A stretch of DNA of 64,000 nucleotides from Verrucomicrobiota bacterium (GTDB lineage Bacteria > Verrucomicrobiota > Verrucomicrobiia > Limisphaerales > SIBE01): assembly GCA_016209525.1 (NCBI GenBank), contig JACQWK010000125.1:377-64376 (forward strand). Direction: 5' to 3'. The notes beneath the pieces are model-generated. The model was not told where the DNA came from. It ran no database searches and saw only the letters and a list, made by a program, of their open reading frames with translations. The position numbers and the translations under genes were made by a program. How positions within the stretch are numbered: position 1 is the stretch's first letter; the number at the start of each line of letters is the position of its first letter. Below are positions 37,162-45,315 of the stretch, piece after piece.

Positions 37162-40100
37162 TTGGCTCGGTAGTATCCGGCTGGGTTGGGCGTCCAAGGC
37201 GGCCCGATGACGAAAACAGGGTTTGCTTCCAGCGTAACCGTCCGGACTTTCGTCCATGACGCCAGCGCACCCAGAGCTGGGGTAAACTCAATGTCCACCA
37301 CTATACCGACCGCACCGGAAACAAAAAGGCCGGATGAAGAAGCAATCCATCGGACGGGCAGTGCTGACGGGTCGCGTTCGTACGTCACCGTCAGTTCGGC
37401 ATCCTGGCCCTCAGGCAAATTTACGCTGAAATTCGTGGGAATTAGCCATCCGGGGACCGATTTGAATTCCACGGTGTAATTGACGCCGGATACCAGGTCT
37501 GTTGTCGCCTCGGGCATACCGGTGAATGCGCCGCCTTTCTCACTGACTCGCCACCCAGCGCCCGCGGCGACTGCCTCTCGAGGTTGCAGGCGGATGGTCA
37601 ATTTCTGAACCCCAAACCGCACACCCGGCACCGGCGGGTTGAGCACAAGCACACCGCCACCGGTGAAGTTCGTGCCGAGTTCCGCTGAAGAAGCGGCACG
37701 ATTGATCAGTTGCGCCACCTCGCTGTCGATGGCGCGAACGACGGATCTGTCATCCAAGTTCCCAAGATAGACGGCCGCTGGGTAAAATGTGGGATCACCC
37801 ACTGGCCCCGCGAGCACGCAGAGCGGTCCGCCGCTGTTGCCCGGATAGCTGACAAATTGAGAAGATGAAAACAAGCGGCCACTCGCGCGGGCAAACAGGT
37901 ACTTACGCGACTCGATTGCATGAAGCCGGTTGTCCGCTTGTCCAGTGAGCGGATAGCCTCCGAGGAAACTGACCTTCGCGGTGGCCAGCCATTCGTTGTC
38001 GGTCGTGTCCGAGAGCAGGAAACCGCTTTCGCCGTGCAGAGCGATATCCTGGCCGAAGTAAATTGCGGCGACGTCCCATTGTTGCGAAGCTGGAGTGGGC
38101 CCGCTCGGAGGAATCCGTTCGCGTTCCGACCGGCGCTGCTTGAGGTACTCCTCAAACACAGCCCATCCTATCGCGCGAATAGGACGTGGATCGTAGTCGC
38201 CTGCGTGGAGTTCGTGGTGCCAAGTGATTTCGGAAACGAGATTCGTCGTGCTTTCATCGAAGAGCACATGGGCAGCCGTAAGAACGACTCGCTTCCGCAC
38301 GGCGATGCCGCTGCCATAACCGGCGGCAGACCTTAGCTGTCCCATCAGTGACAGCGGACGGCGCAACGGCTCACTCACACCATCCTCGATGGCCTGGTAG
38401 GTGCGGAGAGGGACTGGCTGGTACACTTCAGGGGCGACCGGCTGCGCGGGGGAATAGGTGGCGGTGACCACGTTGTCTAGATTCGCCAGCACGGTAACGA
38501 GCCGTGCGGGTGGAGTGGTCCAGTCTCTCACGGCCTGGAACTCCAAAATGTAATTCGTGCCCGGTGGAAGATTCCCTAGCCGGTAGGCGTTCGTGAAAAA
38601 GCTTCTTTCGCCGCGAAGCCGCCAACCTGGGCCGGGCACGGGCGCGTGCAGGACTTCCGGTGGGCCGATGCGAACCACCAAGCTACCCGATGGCCGCGCC
38701 GCGTCGCGCCGGTAAAGGAATGTGCGGACCGTGGGATCACGCTGGTTGAGCACCGGAATTTCCTCGCTGATCTCCGGCTCACGATAGTCTGCGATGGGCC
38801 GGAATTCGAGCGGGTAATTGCCTACATCGAGGTTGCCAAGGATTTCGCCGCTTTCGTGCCAAACCAGTTCCCAAGGCAACCGCCACGCGGCATTGGTGGC
38901 GACTGTGGGCTCAAGATAAACCTGTAATCGGCCAGTTGCCTTCCGGTCCTCGGGGAGAATCAACTGGGCAAACAATGTCGGCGTCACAGGCTTTTCGTCG
39001 TCGATGATGAAAATGGTGGCGACATACGGCATGCCCAGCGTGGCGCCATTCGAAGGTGAGGTAAGCGTGATGGTCAGTTGCTTTGTCCCGTCGAGGATGA
39101 AGTCATCAAGGAGCGTGAGCAGAATATCCCGGCTCTCTTCATTGGCGCCGAAGTTCAGCCGCCCCGGTTCGAGGCGATAGTCGCGGCCAGGTTCAGCGGT
39201 CCCGATGGTCACCGAGTAACTGACCGCGGCCACCGCAGCACCGACCTTGTGCACGGGGATTCTGAGCAAGCTTGCGTCTTCAGTTGTTTCCAGCACGTCC
39301 TGACTGAAGCGAAAAACAACATTCACCTCCAAGCTCGCGTCGGCGCTTGTGACTTGCCCTGCGGAATTGCTAACAACGACGCTGTAATTGCCGGCGTCCG
39401 TTTTCTGTACGCTCGGCAATATGAGTGTCGCGCTCCTCGCGTCTGGAATATTGACCCCGTCCTTGCGCCACTGGTAGCTCAATGGCAGCGCGCTCGTAGC
39501 CGTGACAGTGAGCGTGACATTGGTTCCCGCAGGAACCATCTTGCCTTGCGGCTGGGCCGTGATCGTCGGTGGCCCGAAAACTGTAATCGAGATCGGAGCT
39601 GATGTTCTGGTCACGCCAGAATCATCCGTTGCCGCCACCGTCAAAGTGTGAGAACCAGCCGGCGCATTAGTCCAGGCATTGGTGTAAGTGCCGCTCACAC
39701 TTGCGTTGGTCGCGATGCTAATCAGATTGGACGTGGAATTGGTCGCAGCGAAGAATTCGACTCGCGTAACTCTCCCGTCGGAATCTGAGGCGGACGCGGC
39801 GATGGGAATCGCTTGTCCGACGAAGAAGGTCTCGCCATTCGTGGGTGCGACAATGCGGACGATCGGGGCCAAGTTGGTCGGCCACGCTGGCACCGCGGGT
39901 CCAATCAGCCGCCAGGTTCCCTCCACCGTCAACGGTTTCGACCCCGCCCGGATAACCAGATTCGTTCCCTCCAGAAATCGAAACTCCACTGATTGGTCCG
40001 AGCGCTGCACCACCAAGTCCATCTTCTTATCTCCGTCCATGTCCAACGGTCGAACCACCTGCCAATTCCCATCCGCCGCCTCCACGGGCTTCAACCAGAT

Positions 40101-42971
40101 ACTCTCCACCCACTTTGTCCCCTCCATCCTCCAAATCGCCAAGCTCCGGTCTTTGCCCGCCAACAAAATGTCGTCCCGGCCATCTCCACTGAAATCCGCC
40201 ACCCCCACTGCAATCAGCCCCGCCTCTGGAACGCTCGGATTGGTCAGGGTCGCATTCGTGAGCGTCATCCCTTCCATTAGCCACACCGCCAAAGTCCCGT
40301 CCTCATGCTGAAACAGCAGGTCGGTCTTGCTGTCCAGATTGAAATCCCCCGTCCCTGCCACCCGCCAACGCTGGTCCCCTGGATTCCGGGGCTCTATCAG
40401 CCCGCCCGTCCTCTGCCTCGTCTGATTCATCAACCATATCGCCAACGTCCCCTCCTCATCCTGAAACAGCAAGTCCGGCCGCAAATCCTGGTTGAAGTCT
40501 CCCGTCCCCACCAGCCGATAGCTCGCATCGCTCTTGTCCGGCACAAGGAACCCTCCTGAAGCCCGATTGGTCCCGTTCATCAGCCAGACCCCAAGGTAAT
40601 TCTCCGCATCTTGAAATACCAAATCCGACAACCCGTCCAGGTTGAAATCGTCTTTGGTTTCCGAATTGACTTTCAACTCAAACGCACTGCTCGCCTTCGC
40701 AAGCCCGTCGCTCACGGTAACGGTAATCCTGACAGTGCCCTTCTGCTGGGGAGCCGGATTGATGATCATCGTCCGGTTGGTCCCGTTCCCCAGCACAACG
40801 ATGTTCGTGCTCGGGACAAGCTGCGGGTTGGAGGATATGCTCGCCACGACCAGGTTGGTGACCGGCGTGTCTGCGTCGGCCACGGTAAAGCCAATCTCTT
40901 TCGTCGCTTTGTCCACATAGGTAATCTGATCTGGGATGAAGGAAATCCTCGGCCAAACATTGGTCGGAAAAGCCGGTCCAATCAGCCGCCAGGTTCCCTC
41001 CACCGTCAGCGGTTTCGACCCCGGTCGGCTAACCAGGTTCGTTCCTTCCAGAAATCGAAACTCCAGCGATTGGTCCGAGCGCTGCACGACTAAGTCCGTC
41101 TTCTTGTCTCCGTCCATGTCCAACGGTCGAACCACCTGCCAATCCCCATCCCCCGCCGCCACGGGCTTCAGCCATACAGTCCCTACCCGGTTGGTCCCCT
41201 CCATCTTCCAAATCGCCATGCTCCGGTCTTTTCCCGCCAACAGAATCTCGTCCCGGCTCTCCCCGGTAAAATCACCCACCCCGACCGCAAACAAACTCTC
41301 CTCCGGAATGCTCGGATTGGTCAATGATGCATTCGTGAGCTTCGTCCCGTCCATGAACCACACCGCCAGCGTCCCGTCCTCATGCTGAAATAGCAGATCC
41401 GTCTTGCTGTCCAGATCGAAATCCCCTGTCCCCGCCACCCGCCAACGCTGGTCCCCAGGGTTGCCTGGCGCCAGAAATGATCGACTCATCCGGTTGGTTC
41501 CCTGCATGAACCAGACCTCCAGAGTTCCGTCTCCAAGGTGCAAGAGAAGGTCGGGCTGTAGATCCTGGTTGAAGTCTCCCGTCCCCACCAGCCGATAGCT
41601 CGCATCGCTCTTGTCCGGCACAAGGAACCCTCCTGAAGCCCGATTGGTCCTGTTCATCAGCCAGACCCCAAGGTAATTCTCCGCATCTTGAAATACTAAA
41701 TCCGACAACCCGTCCAGGTTGAAATCGTCTTTCGGACCAGGAACAATCGTAAGCTTCGCAGCTTGGCTCATGGCTCCTCCGGCGTTATTCCTAACACTCA
41801 CAATGTAATCACCCGAGTCCGCCTTCTTCACCCCCGTCATGGTCAGTATGGAGTTCGTCGCTCCAGGGACATCGCTACCATTGAATTGCCACTGATAGCC
41901 CAAAGGCGGCAAGCCCAAGGCCGTCACGTACAAAGTCACGTTTGCTCCCCGGACAGCGGTCTGGCTTTCCGGTTGAAAAGAGATTGTCGGCGATTGCGCG
42001 GATACGCTCACAGCGTAAACTGTCGCGCCAAAGTTCGCTGGCGTGCCGCCGTCAATCACGATCAGGGACGCTGACCAGGTGCCGTCGATCTTGCGGATCC
42101 AAAAATCATCAGGGCTTGATCCGGTTGCAGGAGTGCTAGCGAGGAGCAGGCCCATGTCCTCGTTGGTATCGATGCCAGTAAACACGACCGTCCAAGTGAA
42201 CGTGTCTGGCACCGTCAGCGAAAGTCCCGCCGCACGTTCGGAGGAGAAGCCCTTTTTCAGCGAGAACGCACTGCTTTTGTAGATCGGCGCGGAACCTGGT
42301 CTCCCATCAGGGCCATCGTTTGGATAGATTCGAAGTTCGCCGCGTTCGTCACCATTGGCGTTGTCGCTGAGGTAGTAATCGAAGAGAAAGTCGGTAACTC
42401 GCCACCGCCCAGTCCCCTTACCCGAAAGGAAGACTTGATCTCCAAATTCGAAGCCGTTCCCCAGAGAAAAGTAGTTCTTAGGTGGGATGCTCTGGTTCTC
42501 ATAAACGACCTGGGGACCAATCGGGGGTCTTTCGACTATCGTAACCTCAAAACTGACATTGGTACTCAGAGATCCGTCTGAGACTGAAACCATGATCTTC
42601 GCCGAGCCGGTTTGGCGCGGGGCGGGGACGATGGTGATGGTTCGATAGGTGCCCAAACCACCGAACGTGATGTTGCCATCGGGAATCATGTTAGGATTCG
42701 AGGATGTGCCGCTTAAAGTCAGTTCCTGCGGCGGAGTCGCATCGTCGCCGACTCTTACCAGTGCGACCGCAATGTCATCTACGGTGATGACTTTATCTGC
42801 GACAGGAGTGATCGTCGGCGGAGAGTTATTTCTGGAGGCGCCACGACTCGGCAGGCATAGGTTTTGAAGGACGATCAGGGCGATGATCAGACCAAACAAA
42901 GCTAGCCTTCTGGCAGTATCCGGCCAGTCTCTGGCCCGAACCACAACCGTGTGTGATGAGTCCCTTCTCAT
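37155..42971 (-). CDS. giant secreted protein P3: cadherin-like domains, Ig, two FG-GAP/VCBS-type repeat blocks, Ig I-set, plus the shared Calx-beta / beta-sandwich / serine-protease C-terminal module
   Basis: 1938 aa. N-terminal anchor or signal 'RRLALFGLIIALIVLQNL'. FG-GAP-like repeats ('DFNLDGLSDLVFQD..G.L.VW'). Protease triad context 'LTAAHVLF', 'QWDVAAIYF' and 'YPGNSGGPLCV'. SD-like 'TGAGGC' about 9 nt upstream of the ATG. Confidence 0.85.
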   Translation of the reverse strand: MRRDSSHTVVVRARDWPDTARRLALFGLIIALIVLQNLCLPSRGASRNNSPPTITPVADKVITVDDIAVALVRVGDDATPPQELTLSGTSSNPNMIPDGNITFGGLGTYRTITIVPAPRQTGSAKIMVSVSDGSLSTNVSFEVTIVERPPIGPQVVYENQSIPPKNYFSLGNGFEFGDQVFLSGKGTGRWRVTDFLFDYYLSDNANGDERGELRIYPNDGPDGRPGSAPIYKSSAFSLKKGFSSERAAGLSLTVPDTFTWTVVFTGIDTNEDMGLLLASTPATGSSPDDFWIRKIDGTWSASLIVIDGGTPANFGATVYAVSVSAQSPTISFQPESQTAVRGANVTLYVTALGLPPLGYQWQFNGSDVPGATNSILTMTGVKKADSGDYIVSVRNNAGGAMSQAAKLTIVPGPKDDFNLDGLSDLVFQDAENYLGVWLMNRTNRASGGFLVPDKSDASYRLVGTGDFNQDLQPDLLLHLGDGTLEVWFMQGTNRMSRSFLAPGNPGDQRWRVAGTGDFDLDSKTDLLFQHEDGTLAVWFMDGTKLTNASLTNPSIPEESLFAVGVGDFTGESRDEILLAGKDRSMAIWKMEGTNRVGTVWLKPVAAGDGDWQVVRPLDMDGDKKTDLVVQRSDQSLEFRFLEGTNLVSRPGSKPLTVEGTWRLIGPAFPTNVWPRISFIPDQITYVDKATKEIGFTVADADTPVTNLVVASISSNPQLVPSTNIVVLGNGTNRTMIINPAPQQKGTVRITVTVSDGLAKASSAFELKVNSETKDDFNLDGLSDLVFQDAENYLGVWLMNGTNRASGGFLVPDKSDASYRLVGTGDFNQDLRPDLLFQDEEGTLAIWLMNQTRQRTGGLIEPRNPGDQRWRVAGTGDFNLDSKTDLLFQHEDGTLAVWLMEGMTLTNATLTNPSVPEAGLIAVGVADFSGDGRDDILLAGKDRSLAIWRMEGTKWVESIWLKPVEAADGNWQVVRPLDMDGDKKMDLVVQRSDQSVEFRFLEGTNLVIRAGSKPLTVEGTWRLIGPAVPAWPTNLAPIVRIVAPTNGETFFVGQAIPIAASASDSDGRVTRVEFFAATNSTSNLISIATNASVSGTYTNAWTNAPAGSHTLTVAATDDSGVTRTSAPISITVFGPPTITAQPQGKMVPAGTNVTLTVTATSALPLSYQWRKDGVNIPDARSATLILPSVQKTDAGNYSVVVSNSAGQVTSADASLEVNVVFRFSQDVLETTEDASLLRIPVHKVGAAVAAVSYSVTIGTAEPGRDYRLEPGRLNFGANEESRDILLTLLDDFILDGTKQLTITLTSPSNGATLGMPYVATIFIIDDEKPVTPTLFAQLILPEDRKATGRLQVYLEPTVATNAAWRLPWELVWHESGEILGNLDVGNYPLEFRPIADYREPEISEEIPVLNQRDPTVRTFLYRRDAARPSGSLVVRIGPPEVLHAPVPGPGWRLRGERSFFTNAYRLGNLPPGTNYILEFQAVRDWTTPPARLVTVLANLDNVVTATYSPAQPVAPEVYQPVPLRTYQAIEDGVSEPLRRPLSLMGQLRSAAGYGSGIAVRKRVVLTAAHVLFDESTTNLVSEITWHHELHAGDYDPRPIRAIGWAVFEEYLKQRRSERERIPPSGPTPASQQWDVAAIYFGQDIALHGESGFLLSDTTDNEWLATAKVSFLGGYPLTGQADNRLHAIESRKYLFARASGRLFSSSQFVSYPGNSGGPLCVLAGPVGDPTFYPAAVYLGNLDDRSVVRAIDSEVAQLINRAASSAELGTNFTGGGVLVLNPPVPGVRFGVQKLTIRLQPREAVAAGAGWRVSEKGGAFTGMPEATTDLVSGVNYTVEFKSVPGWLIPTNFSVNLPEGQDAELTVTYERDPSALPVRWIASSSGLFVSGAVGIVVDIEFTPALGALASWTKVRTVTLEANPVFVIGPPWTPNPAGYYRAKW
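39870..41733 (-). repeat. internal tandem duplication inside P3 (two FG-GAP blocks of about 780 bp, period about 1078 bp)
   Basis: Blocks at about 39870-40655 and 40951-41733. Stretches such as 40560-40655 and 41639-41733 are nearly identical by eye. Confidence 0.7.
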
Positions 42972-43700
42972 TGATTCGCCTCAATTTAGGACCCGTCCAA
43001 GAGCAGGGGGGGCCGTCGGTTTATCGTGAGGAGTCGCTGTGGGAGTGCACTCTCCGGGGAAGCGACTTTCGCGCCACGCCGCCAATTCAGGGACGAAGTG
43101 GACTCGATCACACCGCAAGGGGTTTTGCCTGATCTGCCGGGCGGGAGTGGTGCCCAGAACAAGGGGCTGTGGGTTAAGTCTTGCGTGGACGAAGGGTATC
43201 CCTCCCTGCAACCGTGAATTGTTGGATCCCTTCTTCGCATCGCTCCAGACCTCTTACGCACGACTATGCCTCGAATGGCGTCTTTATATCAAAGACGCCA
43301 AGATAGGCAAAAAGAAAACTCGATGGCGGCGCGGCCGAACCTCCAGCGAACTTGGAGCGAGGACGGCCTCATCTCCCTGCGGGTTTCGCGAACCGCGCTC
43401 TGGTTCCCGTTCGTTCCGCCATGACACGAACAAGCGATGTTTGAGTCAGTCGCTAATGATTCCAATGCTTGCAGCTCCAATCGGGTCAGGTAAATTGAGA
43501 CGACGACATAATTCCAGTACGAACTTTGGCGGCAACGGCGGAAGACTTTTCATGAAGCGTGCGACCGAACCTAACCATACGTGTTTGAGATTCTACCTGA
43601 CCGACCGCGCTTGTGAGGTGCGATTGTCGGGACGATCCGCGGCTGTCACTTCCACGGTCAACGGACCACTCTCAGGCGCTTCGCTGGTCGTTCGATATTG

Positions 43701-44120
43701 CTATTCCCCACGGTCCGGGGCGAATTGAGCTGCCATGCCAGCTTCGATCAGACGGCCCGCAGCATCCTTGATCTTTACCTCGACCTGTACCACCTCGAAA
43801 TCGTCGGAGGCGCGAATCTGGATTTTTTCGCCGGCTCGTTCCGAATAGCCCGACAGATCAATGTCGTCCACGGTCGGAGAATGGCAGAAGTCGCTGATGA
43901 GCACGGCGAACAGCGTGCGCGATTGCGCGGTGGCCCGGGCCATGTAAGCGGTCTTCGTTTCGGGGTCAGCCAAGGCGGTCTTCCCGTAGGCGATGGCCTC
44001 CGCAAAGCGCTGGCACTGCGCCCTCTGTCCTCCACTCAGTTCACTTGCTAGGGAGAGCAGTACTGATGAGCCCTGCAAGTCATCGAACCCGGTCTGGCGC
44101 TGTACACACTGACTCTTCAA
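43701..44120 (-). CDS. hypothetical protein, possibly frameshifted (Ig-like C-terminal part continues in another frame to about 43590)
   Basis: 'IQIRASDDFEVVQVEVKIKDAAGRLIEAGMAAQ' is followed, in a different frame, by 'SGPLTVEVTAADRPDNRTSQ'. The start is uncertain (TTG at 44120). Confidence 0.3.
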   Translation of the reverse strand: MKSQCVQRQTGFDDLQGSSVLLSLASELSGGQRAQCQRFAEAIAYGKTALADPETKTAYMARATAQSRTLFAVLISDFCHSPTVDDIDLSGYSERAGEKIQIRASDDFEVVQVEVKIKDAAGRLIEAGMAAQFAPDRGE

Positions 44121-44135
44121 GCAACCCCGCGGGGC

Positions 44136-44167
44136 CAGGGTGGGGCGCGCGCGCGCGCCCCACCCTG
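44136..44167. repeat. perfect 32-bp GC-rich palindrome
   Basis: 'cagggtggggcgcgcgcgcgcgccccaccctg', flanked by 'ccccgcgggg' and 'ccccgccgggg'. Confidence 0.85.
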
Positions 44168-44345
44168 ACCCCGCCGGGGACCCCTCTTGTTTCACACCGC
44201 GTCCGGACATGCAAGCTGGCCATGCCAGCTCCGTCGGCCCTCGCTCCGCAGCGTTTCCGGGAAGAACCTTCCCTTCTATCCGCAGGAGGTTCGGACTCCT
44301 GCCTTGGCTGTTTCGCATTCCTGCCGTCTTTTCAGTGTGTCAGGC

Positions 44346-44855
44346 TCAACAGTGTCTCAGCACAACGATCCGCCGACCCCCTACCACACGAGCGAGCGAA
44401 TTACTGAGCGTCACCTCGGCCCCTCGGAGAGCGAATTTGGAGCCTTCGTAAAAGTTTCCCCCCAGGCCGTCACCCAGTGCCGATCCTGACAAACACTTCG
44501 TGACATATTCGACCCCGTTTAACCGGGGATCAGACTGATGATTCCTGGAGAACCCGCACTTGGGCAGACGGTCCCAAAGGGCATTAAGCCGGAACATGTC
44601 CGCCAACGTCGGGTTCCACTCTTCCGCGCCGATCAACCAATGGTAGTGCTCGCGTCCGGTCTTTTCGCCAACCTCGTGCCGCGTAGCCCACACGAGACGA
44701 CGGAACGGGATACCTGCCATTTTTGCTGTCTCATACAGGAACGCGAACAGCAGCTTGCGCTGTTGATTCGGGCCAGGCACAACGGGGGAACACCACGTTC
44801 CGGTCCCAAAAACTCGCCAGCACCGATAACGGCTCAGGATTATGGATTCAGGTAA
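44346..44855 (-). CDS. HUH-superfamily rolling-circle replication initiator (Rep), start unclear
   Basis: Motif I-like 'FGTGTW', motif II 'REHYHWLIG' and motif III 'VEYVTKCL'. Context 'RRLVWATRHEVGEKTGREHYH'. Motif I lies upstream of the only GTG start (44780), and no ATG is available. Confidence 0.6.
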   Translation of the reverse strand, partial: LPESIILSRYRCWRVFGTGTWCSPVVPGPNQQRKLLFAFLYETAKMAGIPFRRLVWATRHEVGEKTGREHYHWLIGAEEWNPTLADMFRLNALWDRLPKCGFSRNHQSDPRLNGVEYVTKCLSGSALGDGLGGNFYEGSKFALRGAEVTLSNSLARVVGGRRIVVLRHC

Positions 44856-44992
44856 TCAAACGTCTGCTTGAGCTTCAAGCCCTCGTGCGCCCCACGATCC
44901 AGGCAATTGAGCAAGGTGACTTGCCGCTCATCGCGGCTGCCGCGAAACCACACGTCCCGAAAGACGCCGGCGACATGGATTTCCATTTTCAT
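44840..44992 (-). CDS. small ORF (50 aa) coupled to the upstream HTH gene
   Basis: The ATG at 44992 overlaps the upstream stop as ATGA (44989-44992). Sequence 'MKMEIHVAGVFRDVWFRGSRDERQVTLLNCL...'. It may be the displaced N-terminus of Rep. Confidence 0.35.
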   Translation of the reverse strand: MKMEIHVAGVFRDVWFRGSRDERQVTLLNCLDRGAHEGLKLKQTFDYLNP

Positions 44993-45315
44993 TTCCGGCT
45001 CCTTTCCATTTCTTCGTCCCGGCCAGCCGTGGGCCGTTGTCCCGCCCATGCTGAACCTCTCCTTGGCCCTTTGGCTTCAGGTGTGAATTCACCCCGCTGG
45101 GCGCGCGCGTTGAACTCGGCGATGGCTTCCTGGCTCAGATACAATCGGCCGTAGATGTTCGTGACGCGGAGCATGCCTCTTTTCCGCCAGCGCCAGACGG
45201 TGCAGGCGCCCACGCCCATTTGTTCCATCCACCACGAGAGACTGACCATCGGCGAGGCCCGATACGGTGTCGCTGAGCCTGCTTCTGGCCCCATTTGGCT
45301 TGGTTCAGTTTTCAT
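44989..45315 (-). CDS. excisionase/AlpA/MerR-like helix-turn-helix protein
   Basis: 'SWWMEQMGVGACTVWRWRKRGMLRVTNIYGRLYLSQEAIAEF'. The start is taken at M84 of the 191-aa ORF. Confidence 0.55.
   Translation of the reverse strand: MKTEPSQMGPEAGSATPYRASPMVSLSWWMEQMGVGACTVWRWRKRGMLRVTNIYGRLYLSQEAIAEFNARAQRGEFTPEAKGPRRGSAWAGQRPTAGRDEEMERSRK

Noticed and set aside
37162-37257. N-terminal extension of the P2 ORF to 37257
   Set aside because: It would overlap the last 34 codons of P3. Starts at 37161, 37152 or 37101 give normal operon junctions and place a hydrophobic signal region nearer the N-terminus.
43039-43728. 229-aa plus-strand ORF upstream of the operon
   Set aside because: It is Arg/Ser/Cys-rich, has no motifs, and spans an obviously non-coding spacer and hairpin. 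It was treated as non-coding.
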